A DNA stretch of 64,000 nucleotides from Octopus vulgaris. Taxonomy: Eukaryota. The stretch is taken from NCBI GenBank assembly GCA_951406725.2, contig OX597821.1, positions 14,446,001 through 14,510,000 of the forward strand, written 5' to 3'. Within the stretch, counting starts at the first letter, position 1, and each line of letters starts with the position of its first letter. Below are positions 55,533-64,000 of the stretch, piece after piece. The notes beneath the pieces are model-generated. The model searched no databases and had not been told where the DNA came from. It saw nothing but the letters and a program-made list of their open reading frames with translations. Made by a program: the position numbers and the translations under genes.

Positions 55533-57869
55533 ACCACACATAAACATAGACATGTATTCATTTAACATGAAGAAATTGTGATGATACTTGTATACATACA
55601 AATATAAATATATATAATAGATATGAAACATGAAACAAATTGTGATATACACACATACACACACACACATATATATATATGATTCATATAATAACAAAGA
55701 AATTGTGAGAAGATTAATTCAACAAACAATTACTCATAAAACTCATATTATAATTAATAAATCAATCACATAATATCAAAGATAAATTTATGGAAAAAAT
55801 AACGAAAACTTACCATACCAATAAAATTAAATGTTTAGAGTATTAAATGATAAAGATTGGGCAAATGGTACATTCTAATTACTCATCATCTTAAAACTTA
55901 GAAGAAAAGAGAAAAATGACAAATAACAAAGAAATAAAGAGAATTATTAAAACTAAACTGACTGGAAAATAGATGAAAAATCTCATAAAAAAACCTATGT
56001 AAGAACTATCCAGCAACTGGCTTTAACAGATAAAGACTGATTATTAATATATATATATTACATTATTATGTATCATGATGAAATAAAAGTCAATAAAACC
56101 GTCTATATTTGTTTTTAATAGCTATATTGACTCTACCTCAAACTAATTCATGCGTGTGTGTATTACATATATATATATATATTACATATATGATATATAC
56201 AAATACACACATCTAACACCTTCACACTAGCATACACACAGCACACATACACAAACATACATATATCTAATATAACAACTAAAAAAATTAGATATTTTAA
56301 AAAGATTTCTTTTGCCATTAAAAATCTATAACTAATAGACAAGATGAGACATTTAAAACTTTCATGGAGATATTTTAATCTGTTTGTCTTCAGTTCATCT
56401 TAACTATTTTCAGTGACATCTTCAAAGGTCTTTGAACTTAAAGTAATCAACATATTGCATGTTTCTCTTGATCTTAACATTATTTAAACTTTATTTGAGC
56501 GAGTTAATAACATAACAAAGAAAATGAACTAGAATTGATGCTTCCTCCATAAATTAATGATCCATTTATTTAACAAACAGGTTAAATATAGGATCGTTCG
56601 TTAAATAGGAAATAGACAATGTGCAAGAATGCCTTCCTAAGATAAGATTGCTTGTGACAGTTGTTGAGATTATAAACCGGTACTTAAATCTGTAAGATCA
56701 GGAGACATAAGAGAAGCTCAGTGAAACCAGTAACTATTTTCAATGTGCATGTAGGGTATTAATAGTGATAACTATCTTTGATCAGAAACTTTCTAAACTG
56801 TGACTTAATAAGACAGAGAAATACATTGCATGACTAGATAAATCTTGCAAGTATCTATGACAACTATTGAATGTCATATCAACATTATGATTTTTCATTG
56901 AACAATGGCAAATATATTGATTCAAAGAGTTAGTACAAATATTCTCAACTGTAATGTCAATAATGCTATTTAAAAGAGACTGAGGCAGCATTAATTTGTA
57001 AATAATGCTTAATAATAATGCTATAATAAATACATAACCAAAAGTAACAAGTAACAAACCTAGACTGTCCATAGTAAATTTTAATGCAAGTTATTCAAAG
57101 TTATGTTACAGGTACCCTTTGATGAAGACCTTAATATTCAACAAAACCTGATATGACAGATCCTTTAAACTATAAAAAATTTTAACTAAATTTTATTAAT
57201 TGGTGTTAAAAAAACAACATACCACTTGTCTTTAAAATAATCAATGCTATTGTAAATATTATGCAATTGCACAGTGTGAAAACTTAATAAGATAATTTAA
57301 AATGACTATGTAATAACTTCACATTTTAAAACCTTTGTAATAAAGAACATCATATCTTTTAAAGAACTTCTAAAGAACCCTTCAGAATAAGAACTGAAAT
57401 AAATATCAACAGCAACCATTTACTTTAAAAAATTAAAACCTCAAAGTAACCTTAAAGCTCTCAAGTAGATCTTGAAACTGTCACAAATATATGGCTTGAA
57501 ACAATCCAAAAACACAATAAGTACTTTCTAAATAAATATGTAGCACCAAACTATGATAGTGAACCATATGATAGAACCGATAACTTTTACCACATGACAA
57601 CAAAGTTATTCTAACATTAGTAAATTATTAAAATGGACTATATGAATTTCTAGCTGAAAAATTAGGAATACTCATAAAACAAAAGTAAACACTGCATTAA
57701 TTTCAGTAGCTTGTCACTGAAATTATGTACCATGAAAATGTGCTAAAAAAAAGAAGGACATCAATGCAATCTTAGGTTATAAACAGCAATATGTAGCACA
57801 TAACATATACTCAAACGTTTTATGTGTCTAGGTATGCGTGTATATGTGTGTGTCTAAAAGTGTATGTGA

Positions 57870-57928
<59 letters not shown>

Positions 57929-58655
57929 CATACACACAAACACACGTTTATATGGAAATGCACACACAAATATGCCTGCATGTATGTGTTTGCATTTATA
58001 TTCATATAGATAAGGTCTTTCATGAAATTAATAAGGCATCTATTTAAATGAATTATTACCATATTATGCCTTTAATTGCTTGATACTTATCACTTGATTG
58101 TTCTTCGACATCACAATACACATTGCTATTATTTAATTACTTGTTTAATTAAGAAATATTTGATAGTGTCTTTGTCAGTACTGATTGCAAGAATATAAAG
58201 CAATGTAATTCTTGACATAGAAGCATAAATATTTAAAGAGTTCGTATAAAAAGACAAATCAATTTGTATGCCAAGGGGGGGAAAAATTCCAAATGCTTCA
58301 AGCACAGCAAGTATGAAGACAAAGTTTTGTTGATTAAAAGTCTTCTTGATAGAAAAAGCAATTATTCATGATTGATACGCCAACAGGAAGTCTCCACGAC
58401 ACAAGGCCAAATCATGAATCAAATGTTTTGCATAAAATTTTCAATGGCTCTGAGAAACCTTTTGCGTTAAAACCTAAAAGTTACAAAAATTGGTTTCATA
58501 TAATTCAGTCAAAGACTATTGCTAATTTTGGAGTTTGGCCTGTTTTGTATTATAATGCTCCTGCAATAAAGATATTTACCATATATGGTCTCTACTGCAG
58601 TGCTAATACACTGAATTTGGTTGGGAGAAACTGTGAGGAAGTCCAATATATATAT

Positions 58656-58688
<33 letters not shown>

Positions 58689-58690
<2 letters not shown>

Positions 58691-59061
58691 GCACAATGGC
58701 CCAGTGGTTGGGGTAGCAGACTTGCTGTCGTAGGATCATGGTTTCAATTCCCAGACTGGGCATTGTGAGTGATTATTGAGTGAAAACACTTAAAGCTTCA
58801 TGAGGCTCCAGCAGAGGGTGGTGGCGAACCCTGCTGTACTCCTTCATCACAACTTTCTGTCACCCTTTCTTGTTTCTGTTGTACCCATATTTAAAAGGTC
58901 CAGCCTTGTCACACTCTGCATCACGCTGAATCTCCCCAAGAACTACATTAAGGGTACATGTGTCTGTGGAGTGCTCAGCCACTTGCATGTTAATTTCACA
59001 AGCAGGCTGTTCTGTTGATTGGATCAACTGGAACCCTCGTCGTCGTAACCGACGGAGTGCC
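58689..59061 (+). mobile_element. Diverged family B SINE
   Basis: Homologous to the 8212 and 33054 copies. Confidence 0.85.
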
Positions 59062-59104
59062 GTAGTATAAATATGTATATGTGTGAATGTATGTATGTAC
59101 ATAA

Positions 59105-59160
<56 letters not shown>

Positions 59161-59240
59161 ATATATATACATACATGTAAATATATATACATACATGTAA
59201 ATATATATACATACATATAAATATATATACATACATATAA

Positions 59241-59274
<34 letters not shown>

Positions 59275-59497
59275 AGAATTCACAAAAAAAAACAAAAGAT
59301 GAAGACAGGTGGTGTAGACAACAAACAGATGTATTAGTTTAATGTCTTTAATGTTTCAAGCCTATGTTCTTCCACAGAAAGAAATAAGGAGAGAAAATAA
59401 AGAATGTGTAGTAGCTAGCGATCTATCATAAAGAATGTGTAGTAGCTCTCGGTTCAATAATAGCATGAGTGAGGGGTCTAAGGCAGGCCGTGCTTGA

Positions 59498-60053
59498 GTG
59501 TGCATATGTTAAATAAAACAAAATAACAAGGCCAAAGAAATTTGATATTCCTAGGACATTTATAAATAGAAAGGTAGTCTTACAGCTGTTTCAGAGAAAT
59601 AAATGATATTCCATCATCAGAGACAAGTTAAAAGAGCCTCAATATAAACAATTAGTAGAGTTCCTATTTTTAGAAGAAGTTATTCTGGAGATATATATAC
59701 AAGAAATTAGATATAATGCAGAAAGTATAAAAGGAAAATAGGAAAAATAAAAATACATGCTGGATGTTAAACCTGGTCTTCTTTAACATCCAACATGTAC
59801 TTTTTCTTTTTCTTTTATACTTTCTGCATTATATCTAATTTCTTGTACATCTCTCCCACTCCAGAATAACTTCTTCTAAAAAAAAAAATGAACTCTTCTA
59901 ATTCCTTATATTGAAGATCTTTTAACTCATCTCTAATGATAGGGTGTCATTTATTTCCCTGAAACAGCTGTAAGGCTACCTTTCTATTTATAAATGTCCT
60001 AGGAATATCATATTGCCTTGGCTTTGTTATCTCATTTTGTTTAACATGCACAC
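59498..60053. mobile_element. ~555-bp palindromic element with an HHR motif on each arm
   Basis: Arms are reverse complements about an axis at ~59776 (tggatgttaaa / tttaacatcca); HHRs at 59577-59624 (-) and ~59929-59976 (+). Confidence 0.88.
59577..59624 (-). ncRNA. Type I minimal hammerhead ribozyme with intact core, sense to the Kv2 pre-mRNA
   Basis: Minus strand reads GTCT-CTGATGA-tGGAATA tcatt TATTTCtct-GAAAC-AGCT-GTA-AGAC; helix I GTCT/AGAC, palindromic helix III ACAGCTGT. Confidence 0.72.
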
Positions 60054-60329
60054 GCACACATCTGTGTGTGTGTGAAACAATTATAAAGAATACCGAAACT
60101 GGTACATTCCAAATTTTACTTTTAATTTTACTGTTAGTCATATACCACAATCAGTTGGTTAAAATGACTGACACATGTTTCTGCTACACACAGTGTGTGT
60201 AGTTGCAACCCAGCTGAGCACCTTCATTCAGTGGTTTGGAGTCGACTAAGTTAACTGATGTTTATCATTACTTGATGTGGTTAGCTGAAACCAGGTGTAT
60301 ACACGGGAGCTATTATGGTACCTGCCTGG

Positions 60330-60580
60330 ATAATTTATCCCTATATATTCACCTTAGACACACACATGTGCATGTTTGTGTTTGTATGTATATCCCACCA
60401 TCACTGCCTGATAACCAGTGTTGATTTGTTTAAGGTTCTTGTAATTTTGTGGTTTAGTAAAAGAGACTGATAGAATGAGTACCAGATATAAATACTGAGG
60501 TTTATTTCTATGACTAAAATTCTTCAAGGCAGTACTTTGGCATAGCTGCAGTCCAATGACTGAAACAAATAAAAGAAAAA
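60330..60580 (+). mobile_element. Old family A SINE 3' half
   Basis: aaagagactgatagaatgagtacc...gcagtccaatgactgaaacaaataaaaga. Confidence 0.6.
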
Positions 60581-61021
60581 GAAAAAAGAAAGAAAAAAAA
60601 AGAAAAGCTACAAGTCTTAAATTTTTTTTTTTAATAAAAATAGCTGTGACCTATTTACAGAGAATGGACAGAAGAAAATTTTGAAGAATTTTCTTGGAGC
60701 CGAAGAACAATGGCGGTTATAAGATATATCTGAAGAGAACTATTTTAAAGAAACTATAATTAACAAAAAGTCAATATCCAATTAGATCTTAAACATTATC
60801 TCATTAATTTCATGACAGATCTTTTAAAGAGTATATGAATTCATAGTGTCTATATGTGCTTAAGTAAACACACACACACATATGTGTGTGTGTGTGTGCA
60901 TGTATGTATGTATGTATGTATGTATGTATGTATGTATGTATGCATTATGTATGTATTTGTGCATTTGCATGGATGTATACATGTGTGCGTGTATATATAT
61001 ATATATATCTATCTATCTATC

Positions 61022-61053
<32 letters not shown>

Positions 61054-61887
61054 TATTGTTGTATATGTTTAAATACATTTTGAAGACTCAGGTAGAAGTC
61101 TGTCATCAGTTTTGAACCATTATTTCAAGGTTTATTACAAACCATTTGACCAAGTAAGATACCATATCTCAAAGTCTCAACTACAAAGAGATTCTGAGGA
61201 TAAGTAAATTTTGTTTTGATTTGATTTGATGAACTTGTACTCCATCAATTTGAAAGATATGGGGAAAACTTTATATTAATGGTTTAAAACTGGCAGCAGT
61301 CTTAAAATACTAAGTCCTCGTACCTTTTATGATTGTGTATATATGTATATTTATTATATATGAAAGGTTTCTTCTTCTGTGATGCGTAACTTATGATAAG
61401 TATATATACATACATACATATATTTACATATACATATATGCACACATACAATATATATATTTCAAATATGTGAAGATATTTATAATTTACATGTTTATAT
61501 ATATATGTATATATATATTATATATATATATATATATATACATATAGTGTGTGTGCAGAATATATATATATATGTAAGTATGTAATATGTATTTACTCAT
61601 AATTTTGTGAAAGACATTACACATAGAATACATATAACCATACGTGTATATACAGGTAAGTACAATTATATATTTATTTGAATACATAAAAATATTAATC
61701 ATTCAGTTTTTATACATTAAATTTTGAAGAATAATGAAAATCTGCAATAGAAAAATGCAAATTGCTTTTTAGATTATAAAAATAACATTTTAATTTTCCA
61801 AGTTCTTTTTCAAAACGTATTAACATAATCAAATGCATTCAAGAGAAATATTGAAATAATGTAATAAAAAGAATCCTTTTGACTTAC

Positions 61888-62973
61888 CCTCGCAGCCATG
61901 GACGTTGTCGGCTTCTCAAGGAGGTCCCAAACTCGTTGTCGCCATTTGGCAAACGAGCCGGTACCAAAATCTTCATCCTCTCCCTTTCGGAGACTCTCAG
62001 CCTCTTTGCGTATCTCCTCAAACACATGTTCTTTTTTCTGATGATATTTATGCTGACAACATGACTCTAAATAAAGTTCGTCTACACCCCAGTACTCCAA
62101 GTCCTCACTGAATGCCAGCACACACATTTCCTCCACCAAGTGAAGTTTTCCAGTGCGGTAAAAGTTGAGGATGGAGGCAAACGATCGAGGATGTCGATCA
62201 AAAAAGTATTCATTTTCGGCCAAGCTATAATCGTCACAAAGGTCAACAATTGCATCATGTGTATTACAGTCCCTCAGCTTACCAAGCCGAGTATGAGGCA
62301 TGCGGTCAAGAGTGCGCCACAATACCTCATGTTTTACCCCACCCACATTTAGGATAACACGTTTAGAAACTTCCCTACTCCTCAAAATTGAAGCCGGATC
62401 AGGAGGGCTTCCTATTGAGGATGTTGCATAGAAGGGTCGTTGCAGGGCCGACGACATGTCTCCTACTCCCACACCTACCACACTACCACTGCCAACACCA
62501 CCACTGCCAACTCCTCTGCCACCTCCTTGAATAGGAAGGTTATTGTTGCCTGCAGGAATAAGACTACCTGGAGGTTGCACGACTGCTGGAGACGCTGCTA
62601 GCTGTAAAGAACCACTAACACCACTCGTCACTACAGGATCAGCTATTTTCACTTCGGATCGACCTTGTTTAGCACGGAATGATCCTGATGTGGCTGTGGT
62701 TGGATCTCCCGCAGTCGTACTAGTTGAAGACAATAATGGTGGAGGATGTTGGTGGTGATGATGATGATGTGAGTGGTGATGTGGAAAATGGTGATGGTGA
62801 TCGGATGCCGCTGTGTTGGCCGATGATGTGGGGTCCCTTTTCCGAATTCCTATTGATGTGGGGTGTTGCTGTTGTTGGTGACGGAGCGAGGCGTTTCGAG
62901 ATGCTGCCAAGGATGTGGCTGAAGGGAGGTCGCTCCGGCGATCTGAGCTGGCTCCAGAGCTGTGGTAAAACAT
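61888..62973 (-). CDS. Shab: Kv2/Shab voltage-gated potassium channel, first coding exon (low-complexity N-terminus + T1/BTB tetramerisation domain)
   Basis: ATG at 62973-62971 with an in-frame upstream TAA at 63030-63028. Translation contains the Kv2-type T1 domain [29 protein letters not shown]...EYFFDRHP...[14 protein letters not shown]...[14 protein letters not shown]. It ends at donor AGG|GTAAGT (GT at 61887-61886); 1086 nt = 362 codons, phase 0. Confidence 0.95.
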
Positions 62974-64000
62974 GGTTAGAAAAAAATGGTCAGGAGGGCA
63001 TAAACTTAAAAATATTTTAAGGTTAATTTATTATTTTAATTCTACCTAAATTAATTGATATACTTTTTTTTTGTTTTTCCATCAAAGATATTTAGCAGTT
63101 CATTTTAGCATTTTCATTTCATTCCTTCTTAAATTATAAAACTTTAAATTGTCCTCATTAAAATAATGTGTGTTAACCAAGTCGGAAAGCTTCAGTTGTA
63201 AAAAAATGAAATCTTTTATGAAGATCTTCTTCATCTTTGTTTCCTGATTTGAAACTGAGAACTTTACTAGAATTTACTTGAAAGGTTCATGAAATGATGT
63301 CATTTTGATAAATTTGATTAAAATGTTTGCTATTTCTTCACAACTCTTACCAAGTTGGCTCTTTTCAACAAGCATTTAGCTTTGATTAGAATTCAAAATT
63401 TGTGTTTTTTGTATTTATTGCCACATCATTAAGAATATTGAAGATATTGTATGAGTAATATCAGCAATAGAGCAGTACTACCACAATAAATATTGAATGC
63501 TGAACAACATCACACATTATTATATCATATCAAGTAAAATTTAAAAATATGATATGATAGTTGTATAAATAACAGTTTAATGGTGCCATAGAAATAAACA
63601 ATCATTTATAAATGACAAATCAATAAAATGTTTTATGATATAGTAATGAGTGATATTGAAGTACTTCATTTTCCGTAACTAATATATATTTATATAAATA
63701 TAAATCCTAGATATTTAGTAAGGCTGAAAATATTTTCTTGACAAACTTCTCCAGGTAATTTTGTTTATCTTAACTAGTTTATTTCCTGTAGTTAGGACAG
63801 AAGTAGCAGCTAAAATGGAGGGTAGAGTGAGGGTGAGGAGTTTTGGTATTTGCTAAAATCTACACTAAATGTGCAATAGTTGGAGGGTAAACTGAGGTTT
63901 TAGCAAGGATGAAGGCCAGGTACAAAAGCAGGGTGCGACAGCAGGAGTAAAGGTCACGTCACAGATGAGAGGCGGGAACGAATAGCCAACACAACGACTG

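Noticed and set aside
61810-61887. ORF extension VSQKDSF...VNTF after exon 1 (and [10 protein letters not shown] at 96-128)
   Set aside because: Read-through past strong splice donors into intron; no Kv2 similarity.

Overview
This is eukaryotic, AT-rich, microsatellite-dense genomic DNA. The SINE families and the channel sequence look like a coleoid cephalopod (Octopus-like), which is inferred from recognition, not proven. The only real protein-coding gene is a Kv2/Shab voltage-gated K+ channel on the minus strand. Its first coding exon (62973-61888; long His/Gln/Gly-rich N-terminus and T1 domain) is joined across one 60,682-bp phase-0 GT-AG intron to a second exon (1205-129; S1-S6, TVGYG pore, proximal C-terminus). 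The gene continues beyond the left edge. The intron is filled with tRNA-derived SINEs, an RTE-tailed repeat with 61-bp internal units, three non-autonomous Helitrons, mariner, hAT and piggyBac-like MITEs, and LINE RT relics. The main unexpected signal is six sequence-unrelated palindromic insertions (about 0.2-1.1 kb, near 2.7, 9.1, 14.2, 38.2, 41.2 and 59.5 kb). Each carries a minimal hammerhead-ribozyme (HHR) motif on both arms, reading outward from the axis. They show self-complementary helix III sequences and covarying core or stem pairs, and one has back-to-back tRNA-like Pol III heads. This fits a set of non-autonomous Penelope-like/retrozyme elements and places candidate ribozymes and long dsRNA in the pre-mRNA of a channel whose squid orthologue is heavily A-to-I edited. 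Almost all other ORFs in the track are microsatellite or SINE artefacts.
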